NCBI GenBank assembly: GCA_964569655.1
Contig: CAZMTN010000002.1
Location: 70,197 to 134,196, forward strand
DNA length: 64,000 nt
Reading direction: 5' to 3'
Source: an uncultured Candidatus Saccharibacteria bacterium
GTDB taxonomy: Bacteria; Patescibacteriota; Minisyncoccia; Phycocordibacterales; Phycocordibacteraceae
Shown here in pieces: positions 44,506-53,177 of this stretch. Position 1 is the first letter of the stretch; every line of letters starts with the position of its first letter. The translations under genes were made by a program, and so were the position numbers. The notes under the pieces were generated by a model. The model was not told the DNA's origin. It saw nothing but the letters and a program-made list of their open reading frames with translations, and ran no database searches.

Positions 44506-46737
44506 ATGGGAATCTGGAACACACTACAAACTTTCACTAAGAAGATGATGTCGGACGCCAAAGCGCGCCCGCTGTCGTTCCTTATCTTCGTAGCGGTGTT
44601 CCTTCTTTCCCCAGCAATCGCATTCGCTCAGGTAAAAACTGGCGATGCCGCGGCGTCAAACCCTTTCTCGGTCTTGGGCGACTGGACCGTAGGTGCCGCG
44701 TTCGCCGGCATCAGCTACTCCATCCTCACATTCTCGAACTTCATCCTTTACATGGCGGGGTCTCTTTTCAATTGGGTAGTGGAGTACACCGTCTTCGGGT
44801 TTGCGAACATCATCGGCGGGACCGTGGGACTCATCGCGGCATGGAGCGTACTCAGGGATATCGCTAATATCGCGCTCCTTTTCGGATTCATCTTCATCGG
44901 CGTAGCGACCATATTGGACATCCACGGATACGAGGCGAAGAAGACGCTCCCGAGACTTATCATCTTCGCCGTGCTCCTGAACTTCAGCCTCCTCGCATCG
45001 CAGATGGTCATAGATACGTCGAACATCTTTAGCGCGGCCATCTATCAGCAGGCAGGCGGGCAGGAGTGCAACGCTATAGATAAGAAAGCGTGCGCGAATA
45101 ACGGCATCTCGGGGAAGATAGCGCAGATGTCGGGGATTACTACGCTGTTCGATTTCAGCCAGAAGAGCGCTGAAACCGACGCTTCTTTCACGCGGTGGGG
45201 CATTACCTATCTCATGATGTCCGTGTTCGTAACCATCACGGCCGTGGTGCTCCTTGCAGGAGCCATCATGCTCATCATCCGAGCGGTGGTCCTGATCTTC
45301 CTCATGGTCTTGTCTCCGATAGGCTTCGCGGGCCTCGCTATCCCGCCCCTCGAGCAGCATGCGCGCACCTGGTGGAGCAAGCTCATATCCCAATCCTTCT
45401 TCGCGCCGGTTTTCCTGCTGCTGATCCTGGTAAGCATCAAGATAGCAGAGGGGATCCAGACGTCGCTCAAGGCACCGACGCTCGTGCATGCGCTCACAAG
45501 CGGGGACGTGAACACGGTCCAGGCCGTCGTCCTGTTCGCGATCTTCATCGGGTTCATGATCATGTCCTTGGTCGCGGCGCAGCGCATCGGCGCTATCGGC
45601 GCTGGATTCGCCGCGAACGCTTCGTCGGCACTCGTATACGGTTCGATGGCGTACGGCGCCAATACCGTGGTCGGCGGCGGCTCATACCTCGCTCGCAAGA
45701 CCATAGAGAGAAAGAGCAAGGGCGGGAAAGTAGCGCGCGCGGTGGTGAACTATGGATTCCGTCCGCTCGAGAACGCGAATCTCGACATGCGCAGGATGCC
45801 GGGCATGGCGGCTGCGCTCGGCGTGGGCGGAATCACGACCGGCGCGAAACCGGTAGAGCATGGCACGTTTAAGGACGTCAAGCATATATATGATGGCTTC
45901 AGGAACATGGAGACCAATAAGAGGCTGAACGCGCAGTATGACGACGAAAGGGATGCGCTTAGGCTCGAGAAGGAGGCGCATGGCCCGGGAGCGCTTTCTG
46001 CGGCCAGCCTCAAATACCTGAGCGGCCTGAGTGCGAAGGAGCTCGAAGCGCTCCACGGCATCCAGGAGGGCCTCGAGAAGCTCGCATACAACCTCTCACC
46101 TGAGCAATTCGAGGCGCTCATGAAGAGCGAGAAGCTCAGCGACATGCAGAAGGGCAAGCTGAAGGAAGGCCGCTTCGCGAAGCTCACTGGCCACGCGCAG
46201 GACGCTGCGAACGCTGCGAATCCGACAGCGAAGGCGACTGAGGTCGCGAAGGTGAAAGCTGAGCTTAAGAAGCTGAACAAGAGCGACCTCGAGAATCTCC
46301 CTGCGGCCCTCCTTGAGAAGCAAGGGGCGGGCGAGATCGTGCTCGCAGAGCTCTCCGAGAAGCAGCGCGAGGACCTCGCGGGGAGCAAGAAGCGAACTGG
46401 CGGGGAGCGGGATAACGTGCGCACCAGCAGCCCGATCGGGCTATTGGAAGAGAAGTTCAATAACGCTCCTACTCTGTCAGCTGGGGCTCGAGCGGTACGA
46501 AGTGAGATCGGCAACCTGACGCCTGCCCAGGTGGGCCAGCTGGATTCGAAGATCCTGATCCAGCCGGAAGTTTCTGAGGCGCTGACGCAACCGATCCTTA
46601 CGGAACTCCAGGAGAAGAAGAAGCTGAAGGTCAAAGAGATGAAGGCTATCGGCGACAATATTCGCAAGAGTTCCGCTGTCGCGCCGAAGCTTAAGGAGTT
46701 CGTAACTACCGGCCCAGGCGCAGCTATGTGGTCATAA
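44506..46737 (+). CDS. TrbL/VirB6-like polytopic membrane protein with a long charged coiled-coil C-terminal extension (743 aa)
   Basis: Signal-like N-terminus, 6 or more transmembrane helices in the first ~400 aa, and a K/E-rich C-terminus. It sits next to VirB4-like and VirB3-like genes. Confidence 0.55.
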   Translation: MGIWNTLQTFTKKMMSDAKARPLSFLIFVAVFLLSPAIAFAQVKTGDAAASNPFSVLGDWTVGAAFAGISYSILTFSNFILYMAGSLFNWVVEYTVFGFANIIGGTVGLIAAWSVLRDIANIALLFGFIFIGVATILDIHGYEAKKTLPRLIIFAVLLNFSLLASQMVIDTSNIFSAAIYQQAGGQECNAIDKKACANNGISGKIAQMSGITTLFDFSQKSAETDASFTRWGITYLMMSVFVTITAVVLLAGAIMLIIRAVVLIFLMVLSPIGFAGLAIPPLEQHARTWWSKLISQSFFAPVFLLLILVSIKIAEGIQTSLKAPTLVHALTSGDVNTVQAVVLFAIFIGFMIMSLVAAQRIGAIGAGFAANASSALVYGSMAYGANTVVGGGSYLARKTIERKSKGGKVARAVVNYGFRPLENANLDMRRMPGMAAALGVGGITTGAKPVEHGTFKDVKHIYDGFRNMETNKRLNAQYDDERDALRLEKEAHGPGALSAASLKYLSGLSAKELEALHGIQEGLEKLAYNLSPEQFEALMKSEKLSDMQKGKLKEGRFAKLTGHAQDAANAANPTAKATEVAKVKAELKKLNKSDLENLPAALLEKQGAGEIVLAELSEKQREDLAGSKKRTGGERDNVRTSSPIGLLEEKFNNAPTLSAGARAVRSEIGNLTPAQVGQLDSKILIQPEVSEALTQPILTELQEKKKLKVKEMKAIGDNIRKSSAVAPKLKEFVTTGPGAAMWS

Positions 46738-46740
46738 GGT

Positions 46741-47346
46741 ATGAATAACGAGATTCCTACAGAGCGCGTCCTAGAGGCATACGGAGCCGCACCGAGCTTC
46801 GTTCGCGAAGCGTTCAATGCCGAGAAGACCACCACATTCCTCGTATATCTCCGCGAGAAGTACGGGTTCCATATTGATACCGCAGGCATGCTAGGGAAGC
46901 AGGTGGGCTACCTCTTGCTCGGCCTCGTAAACCCTTCCGATTTCTACCGCGCCATCGTCGCGGCCGGCATGAGCGAGGATATCGCTAAGAAGGTGACTGA
47001 GGAGATCAACCAGAACATCTTCATGCCGCTCAATCAGGGGCTGCGCGCAAGCAACATGGAGGTAGTCCGCACTCCGCCTCCGCCTCCGCCGGCTGTTGCC
47101 CGGCCTATGCCAGCTTCCGAGCCTCCGATGGTGGTGCGTACGTTGCCTCCCCTCCAGGCGGCTCCGCCTATACCGGTGAAAGCTCCTCAGCCTGCTTCCG
47201 TACCGCCTCCGCCTCCAACGCCGCGTCCCGTTCCTCCAGTACCCGCGAATCTTCCCGGGGTGGCACCGGAGCCTAAGACGGCCATTCCGGCTCCTCGTCC
47301 GGCAAGCAAGTACGGCGCAGATCCATACCGAGAGAGCTTTGATTAG
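46741..47346 (+). CDS. Hypothetical protein with a proline-rich C-terminal half
   Basis: PPPPPPAVARP...PPPPTPRPVPPVP. Confidence 0.45.
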   Translation: MNNEIPTERVLEAYGAAPSFVREAFNAEKTTTFLVYLREKYGFHIDTAGMLGKQVGYLLLGLVNPSDFYRAIVAAGMSEDIAKKVTEEINQNIFMPLNQGLRASNMEVVRTPPPPPPAVARPMPASEPPMVVRTLPPLQAAPPIPVKAPQPASVPPPPPTPRPVPPVPANLPGVAPEPKTAIPAPRPASKYGADPYRESFD

Positions 47347-47386
47347 CCTTGTCTTGCGCGAGGGCCTTGGTACCATTCATATATAT

Positions 47387-47761
47387 ATGAGCGAATCGCC
47401 CCCGAGCAGAGAGAGCGTCTCACGGCCAGAAAGAGGAGTAGAGGGCACGCCATACACGGCACCTGTAGACGTGGCTTCGGACTCCGATAGCTCAGAACTC
47501 AGCCAAGTGCGCGCGAATCTCGAGAAGCATAAGGAGCAGCCAGCTTCGGCGAGCGGCAGTCACGGTCATGGCCACGAGAGTCCCGTGACGAAGGTCGGCA
47601 TGGTCGGATACGGCATCGTCGCCACCATGTTCTATCTCTTCTGGCAGGAGCTCAAGAAGACCAAGGGCCTGTTCGAAGGAGGCGGCGGGGGAGGCCACGG
47701 CGGAGGCGGGCACGCGAAGAAAGAAGACCACGGACACGGCGGAGGCGGGCACGGGCACTAG
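47387..47761 (+). CDS. Hypothetical small membrane protein with a His/Gly-rich C-terminal tail
   Basis: Transmembrane helix VGMVGYGIVATMFYLFW; tail GGGGGGHGGGGHAKKEDHGHGGGGHGH. Confidence 0.4.
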   Translation: MSESPPSRESVSRPERGVEGTPYTAPVDVASDSDSSELSQVRANLEKHKEQPASASGSHGHGHESPVTKVGMVGYGIVATMFYLFWQELKKTKGLFEGGGGGGHGGGGHAKKEDHGHGGGGHGH

Positions 47762-47804
47762 TTATTACCTTTTTCAATACGCACTCCTGCTATACTTATA
47801 GCTA

Positions 47805-48215
47805 ATGGAGTATCAGGTTCCTCAATTCATCGAGGTAGAGGACAAGATCTTTGGCCCATTCACGCTGAAGCAATTCATTTATATCGCCGGCGGCGCGGGC
47901 GTCACCGCCATCGCGTTCATCTACCTCCCGATGATCTTCGCGCTCCTCGTAGCGCTTCCGGTCGCGGGACTCGCCGGCGCGCTTGCGTTCTACCGGATGA
48001 ACAACAAGCCGTTCATCAACGTCATGGAGGCGTGGTTCACCTACTTCACCGGCGGGAAGCTCTATATCTGGAAGAAGGGGGACAAGGTGGCGGAAGCGAC
48101 GCCGACGGTCCAGCCCCAGGTAGAGGAGGCGCGGGCGAAGCTGAAGCTCACGCCGAACAAGCTGCATGACATCGCGTGGTCGCTCGACGTGAAGAATAGC
48201 GAGCCACAACCGTAA
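47805..48215 (+). CDS. PrgI/VirB3-like small membrane protein of type IV secretion systems
   Basis: The N-terminus QFIEVEDKIFGPFTLKQFIYIAGGAG, followed by two transmembrane helices, matches the PrgI-family pattern. It lies directly upstream of the VirB4-like genes. Confidence 0.5.
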   Translation: MEYQVPQFIEVEDKIFGPFTLKQFIYIAGGAGVTAIAFIYLPMIFALLVALPVAGLAGALAFYRMNNKPFINVMEAWFTYFTGGKLYIWKKGDKVAEATPTVQPQVEEARAKLKLTPNKLHDIAWSLDVKNSEPQP

Positions 48216-48216
48216 T

Positions 48217-48846
48217 ATGGCTACTGCAAGCGCAACCCAGTCATTCGTGCCGGTAAAGGAAGTACGCAACGGCGTCATCATCCTCAAGAACGGGGAATAC
48301 CGGGGCATCCTCATGTGCTCCTCGCTCAACTTCGCGCTCAAGTCGGAGACGGAGCAGCGCGCCATCATCGGCGGCTTCCAGAATTTCCTCAATACCCTCG
48401 ACTTCTCCGTGCAGATCAACGTGCATTCTCGCAAGATGGATCTGCGCCCGTACCTCGAACTCCTTTCCGCGCGCACGGACGCGCAACAGAGCGAGCTCAT
48501 GAAGATCCAGGTACGGGAATACATGCAGTTCGTCCGCAGCTTCTCGGACAACGCGAACATCATGACCAAGATGTTCTACATCGTCGTGCCGTACACGCCG
48601 GCGGTAGCGTCCCAGGTGAAAAGCGCGCTCCCGTTCTTCCAGAAGGAGACTTCGGCGACGCAAGGAACCACGAGCTCCTTCGACGAATACCGCGTCCAGC
48701 TCGAGCAGCGAATGTCTTTGGTCGCGAGCGGGCTCTCTTCTACGGGGCTCCGCGCGGTGATGCTCGGCACCGAGGAGGTGATCGAGCTCCTGTACCGCTC
48801 GTTCAACATCGGCGAGCTCGAGAGCCCGATCAGGCTCACCCAATAA
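48217..48846 (+). CDS. Hypothetical 209-aa protein in frame with the downstream VirB4-like ATPase; possible detached VirB4 N-terminal domain
   Basis: A single TAA at 48844-48846 separates it from the ATG at 48850 in the same reading frame. Confidence 0.5.
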   Translation: MATASATQSFVPVKEVRNGVIILKNGEYRGILMCSSLNFALKSETEQRAIIGGFQNFLNTLDFSVQINVHSRKMDLRPYLELLSARTDAQQSELMKIQVREYMQFVRSFSDNANIMTKMFYIVVPYTPAVASQVKSALPFFQKETSATQGTTSSFDEYRVQLEQRMSLVASGLSSTGLRAVMLGTEEVIELLYRSFNIGELESPIRLTQ

Positions 48847-48849
48847 CCT

Positions 48850-50664
48850 ATGTCCTTGCTTGATTTCATAAACCGAAAAAAGAAAGAGGAAGTACAGGTC
48901 ACTCCTGTGCTCCCCAAGGACATCTACGCGCAAGGTACCCTCGACCTCGCGGACACGATTGCGCCGGCGGCGCTCAAGGTTGGCGCTCGCGAGATCGAGC
49001 TCGGCCAGAAGTTCGCTCGCTCGTTCTATACGATTTCATACCCCCGCTTCCTCGCGGACAGCTGGTTCACACCGATCATCAATCTCGACAAGGTGCTCGA
49101 CATCAGCATCTTCATCCACCCGATTGAGACCGGCATGGTGCTCCGCCAGTTCCAGAAGAAGGTGGCCGAGGTACAGAGCCAGATCTCGGAGAGGGAACAG
49201 AAGGGCTTGGTCCGCGACCCGGTCCTCGATACGGCATACCAGGACCTCGAGGGGCTCCGGGACAACCTCCAGCAGGCGCAGGAGAAGCTCTTCGAAGTAG
49301 GCCTCTACCTCACGCTCTACGCGGACTCCAAGGAGGAGCTCGACAAGACGGAAGGGGAGGTGCGCGGCATCCTCGACGCCAAGCTCGTGTACACCAAGCC
49401 GGCCGTCTTCCAGCAGGAGCAGGGCTTCCGCTCCACGCTCCCGCTCGAGCTCGACGAGCTCGCGGTGCGCTCGAAGCTGAATTCCTCTCCGCTCTCGTCC
49501 ATGTTCCCGTTCGTCTCCTTCGACCTTACGAGCGACCGAGGCATCCTCTTCGGCATCAACCGCCATAACTCATCTCTCATCCTCTTCGACCGGTTCTCGC
49601 TCGAGAACTACAACTCGGTGGTCTTCGCGAAGTCCGGTTCCGGAAAGTCCTACGCGATGAAGCTCGAGATCCTACGCTCCCTCATGTTCGATACGGACGT
49701 GATCGTCATCGACCCGGAACGCGAATACGAATACCTCGCCGAAGCGACGGGCGGGCGCATGTTCAATATCTCGCTCTCGAGCGAGCACCATATCAACCCG
49801 TTCGACCTGCCTGCGGTCCGCGAGGACGAGGAGCCGGCCGATATCCTGCGCAGCAACATCATCAACCTCGTCGGGCTCTTCCGTATCATGCTCGGCGGCC
49901 TCACGCCCGAAGAGGATGCCATCGTCGACCGCGCCATCACGGAGACCTATGCCCTCAAGGACATCACGGGGGAGAGGGACTTCACCGGCGTCCAGCCGCC
50001 GCTCCTCTCGGACTTCGAGGCGGTACTCGCCGGCATGGAGGGAAGCCAGTCCCTGGTCCAGCGCCTTTCTAAATACACCCGCGGCACCTGGTCCGGCTTC
50101 ATGAACCAGCCGACCAATATCGACATCAACAAGCAGTTCATCGTCTTCTCCGTCCGCGATATGGAGGATGAATTGAAGCCGGTGGCGATGTACATCATCT
50201 CCCACTTCATCTGGAACGCGGTGCGCCGCGAACTGAAGAAGCGCCTCCTCGTGATCGATGAGGCATGGTGGATGATGAAGTCTGAGGACACGGCGTCTTT
50301 CCTGTACTCCCTCGCGAAGCGCGGACGCAAGTACTATCTTGGCGTTGCGACCGTCACCCAGGACGTGGAGGACTTCCTCGCATCCCCGTACGGCAGGCCG
50401 ATCCTCACGAACTCCTCCATCCAGATGCTCCTCAAGCAATCCCCGACGACCATCGACGTCCTCCAGAAAACGTTCAACCTCACGGAAGAGGAGAAATACC
50501 TTCTCCTCGAATCAGGAGTAGGGGAGGGCCTCTTCTTTGCTGGCCTCAAGCACGTCGCCATCAAGGTCGTCGCTTCCTACACGGAGGATCAGATCATCAC
50601 GTCGGATCCGTCCCAGCTCCTCCAGATCAAGCGCGAGAAGAGCCGGCTGGATGGCGCCGCCTAA
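48850..50664 (+). CDS. VirB4/TrbE/CagE-family type IV secretion ATPase (C-terminal ATPase portion, 604 aa)
   Basis: Walker A AKSGSGKSY, Walker B LLVIDEAWWM, and C-terminal motifs TQDVEDF. Confidence 0.85.
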   Translation: MSLLDFINRKKKEEVQVTPVLPKDIYAQGTLDLADTIAPAALKVGAREIELGQKFARSFYTISYPRFLADSWFTPIINLDKVLDISIFIHPIETGMVLRQFQKKVAEVQSQISEREQKGLVRDPVLDTAYQDLEGLRDNLQQAQEKLFEVGLYLTLYADSKEELDKTEGEVRGILDAKLVYTKPAVFQQEQGFRSTLPLELDELAVRSKLNSSPLSSMFPFVSFDLTSDRGILFGINRHNSSLILFDRFSLENYNSVVFAKSGSGKSYAMKLEILRSLMFDTDVIVIDPEREYEYLAEATGGRMFNISLSSEHHINPFDLPAVREDEEPADILRSNIINLVGLFRIMLGGLTPEEDAIVDRAITETYALKDITGERDFTGVQPPLLSDFEAVLAGMEGSQSLVQRLSKYTRGTWSGFMNQPTNIDINKQFIVFSVRDMEDELKPVAMYIISHFIWNAVRRELKKRLLVIDEAWWMMKSEDTASFLYSLAKRGRKYYLGVATVTQDVEDFLASPYGRPILTNSSIQMLLKQSPTTIDVLQKTFNLTEEEKYLLLESGVGEGLFFAGLKHVAIKVVASYTEDQIITSDPSQLLQIKREKSRLDGAA

Positions 50665-50670
50665 TCCTCT

Positions 50671-51132
50671 ATGGAACAGCAGGCAAAGGACAACGGCGCT
50701 TCGCAAGAGAAAAAGAAGCGCATCGGAAACGTTACTGCCGTCCTGATGATCTTCACGGCGGTCTTGTTCGACCTCGCGCAGGGGCTATTGTTCTTCCTGA
50801 ATCCTATCCCCGTCCTCGGGTTCATGCTCGACCTGGTAGCATCTTATTTCATCACGTTCGTCTCCGGAGCCGTATTCCTCCTCTGGTTCATGCTGTGTCG
50901 CGTGAACTACTTCGATTCCCGGTCCGCGAAGAAGTTCTTCATCGTGCTCATTGCCGGTATCGTCGAGCTCACGCCCTTCATAGACACGCTGCCCGGCATA
51001 AGCCTGGGCGTCATCGCCCTCGTCGTCCAGGTGCGTCTCGAGGACCGGAGCTCGAAGAAGGCCGTGCAGAAGCTGGCAGGACGCAAGCTCCGTCCGATGC
51101 GCGGCATTAATCCGCAGGCCCACCGTCCGTAG
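50671..51132 (+). CDS. Hypothetical small membrane protein (3-4 transmembrane segments)
   Basis: Hydrophobic helices; sits in the T4SS-like cluster. Confidence 0.45.
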   Translation: MEQQAKDNGASQEKKKRIGNVTAVLMIFTAVLFDLAQGLLFFLNPIPVLGFMLDLVASYFITFVSGAVFLLWFMLCRVNYFDSRSAKKFFIVLIAGIVELTPFIDTLPGISLGVIALVVQVRLEDRSSKKAVQKLAGRKLRPMRGINPQAHRP

Positions 51133-51159
51133 CAGGGAACAGGGCGGTATACTACAGTC

Positions 51160-52146
51160 ATGCGAAAAGCCCTGGCCTTCCTCATCATCCTTGGAGCCAC
51201 CGCCATCCTTCCCTCCTTTGCCCACGCGCAGAACCTGGGAGCTGAGCCGCTCACCATCTCGGTCAGCCCTGAATTCCCTGAGCCGTATCAGACGGTGACG
51301 GTGACGCCACGCAGTACTCTCCTGAACCTCGCGGCGAGCGCGGTAACGGTCTCCGTCAACGGGAAGGTAGTTAGCACCGGCTCTGGAGGAGCATCGACTT
51401 CGTTCCAGATGGGAGGTCCCGGCCAGACGGCTGTCGTGACGGTATCTGCGACCGGTCCGGACGGTTCTTACCAGGCATCCGTGACGCTCCGCCCTTCGAA
51501 TATATCCCTTATCGTGGAGCCGATGTCCGTGACGCACCCCCTTTATGAGGGAGGTAGCCTCCTCGCTGCCGAGGGACGCGTCCGCCTCATTGCGCTCGCC
51601 GATATGCGTTCTAGCGCCGGAACGCCAATAGCAGCCGCAAATCTCGTATATAACTGGCAGCTCGGCAACCAGCAGCTTGCCGCGCAATCCGGTATCGGCA
51701 GGTCGGTACTCACCGCCACCGGACCCCTCCTGTACCGCGATGCGACCGTCACAGTGACTGTTTCCACGCCGGACGGCAGCGCTTCAGGGCAATCGAGGAC
51801 GGTTCTCGAGCCGGTAGAGCAGCAGGTCCTCGTATACCGCAACAATCCGCTCCTCGGGCCGGACTTCAGCAAGACAATCACCGGCGAGACGAGCCTTTCG
51901 GAAGGGGAGGACTCTTTCCGCGCGGTCCCGTATTTCTTCCCGACCATGCCAAACTTCTCCTGGAGCGTAAATGGCGCGCCGAGCGGATCCGAGCAAGTGA
52001 TCACTGTCCGCTCTAACGGGGACGGCGCGGGCAGCGCCCTCTTGTCTGTGGAGGCTTCACAGCCAGGCACCTATCTGGCCGCGAGCAATTCGTTCACGGT
52101 CAGGTTCGGTGAGGACACCGGCTTATTCGATTTCTTTGGCTTATGA
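51160..52146 (+). CDS. Hypothetical secreted protein (signal peptide; Ig-like/beta-rich)
   Basis: Signal peptide ending AHAQ, then a Ser/Thr/Val-rich beta-like sequence. Confidence 0.5.
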   Translation: MRKALAFLIILGATAILPSFAHAQNLGAEPLTISVSPEFPEPYQTVTVTPRSTLLNLAASAVTVSVNGKVVSTGSGGASTSFQMGGPGQTAVVTVSATGPDGSYQASVTLRPSNISLIVEPMSVTHPLYEGGSLLAAEGRVRLIALADMRSSAGTPIAAANLVYNWQLGNQQLAAQSGIGRSVLTATGPLLYRDATVTVTVSTPDGSASGQSRTVLEPVEQQVLVYRNNPLLGPDFSKTITGETSLSEGEDSFRAVPYFFPTMPNFSWSVNGAPSGSEQVITVRSNGDGAGSALLSVEASQPGTYLAASNSFTVRFGEDTGLFDFFGL

Positions 52147-53174
52147 TGAAAGGCATGATTCCGCACGTCGCCGCCCTTACCGTGCTCTTGTTGCCGAGCG
52201 TCGCATTCGGGCAGGAGAACCTCGTCACGCTGACCAATATCCCCGGCCTCACCCAGGATATGGGCGGCGCTTCGAAGCTTCCCGAGTTCCTCAACGGCCT
52301 CTACAACTTCTGTATCGGCATCGCGGTGGTGCTCGCCGTGATCCAGCTCATCCGCGCCGGCATCGAGTACATGACGGCAGGGGGGAGCATCGGCAGCACC
52401 GAACACGCGAAGCACCTCATCACCACCTCAATCCTCGGCCTGGTGCTCGTCCTCTCTCCTTATATAGTTTTCAGCATCGTGAACCCGAGGATCCTGGACC
52501 TCGAGATCAGCGCCGACAAGCTCGAGACGACGCTGCCGACCGGGACACCGGGTGCAGCCGGGAACAATGGCGCAGAAACTACTACCGAGACGAAGGACGG
52601 CTGTAAAATTTCCACAAACGACACGACGCAGGCCAAGACGGTGACGTGCACGGGAAAGACTCCGCAGGAAGCAACGTCAAAGGCGGCGAACACCGTGAGA
52701 GGGGCGTGCGGAGCGGGAGCCCATGTCCAGGTAGGTGAAGAAGGCGATGCAAAGGGCACGAATCCGTCCAAGGATGCCGTCGGCGCGAACGGCCAGACGG
52801 TCAAAGGCACCAATACTCAGTTCGAAGCGACGGGATACTGCAGCCCGAAGAAAGGCGTGTCGCTGGTCTATTTCGGGGTGAGCACCCGCCCTTCGGTCAC
52901 GGAGGGGATAGCGATCGGGGGAGACGATCAGTACTATGCCGCTATTATCTACGGGGCAGAAGAGAATGAGAAGTGGGCCTCCGCATGCGGCAAAAAACTG
53001 CGCACTGACAGGGGAATGATATTCGATGTCAACCAGCCGAAGAACATGATCCAAGGCGGATTCCAGTGCCCGATGCAAGATGAGAAGTTCAAGCAGATGG
53101 TCCAAGGCCAGATACAGGGCAAGGGGACGGTCGGCGTCTGGTGCGCGAACGTACAGACGTACTGCGCCCAGTAA
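52143..53174 (+). CDS. VirB2/TrbC-pilin-like N-terminal domain fused to a Cys-containing extracellular domain
   Basis: A signal peptide is followed by two hydrophobic helices (LYNFCIGIAVVLAVIQLI, LITTSILGLVLVLSPYIVFSIV), the typical T4SS pilin topology. The C-terminus has 8 Cys. ATGA overlap with the upstream gene. Confidence 0.45.
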   Translation: MMKGMIPHVAALTVLLLPSVAFGQENLVTLTNIPGLTQDMGGASKLPEFLNGLYNFCIGIAVVLAVIQLIRAGIEYMTAGGSIGSTEHAKHLITTSILGLVLVLSPYIVFSIVNPRILDLEISADKLETTLPTGTPGAAGNNGAETTTETKDGCKISTNDTTQAKTVTCTGKTPQEATSKAANTVRGACGAGAHVQVGEEGDAKGTNPSKDAVGANGQTVKGTNTQFEATGYCSPKKGVSLVYFGVSTRPSVTEGIAIGGDDQYYAAIIYGAEENEKWASACGKKLRTDRGMIFDVNQPKNMIQGGFQCPMQDEKFKQMVQGQIQGKGTVGVWCANVQTYCAQ

Positions 53175-53177
53175 CGT

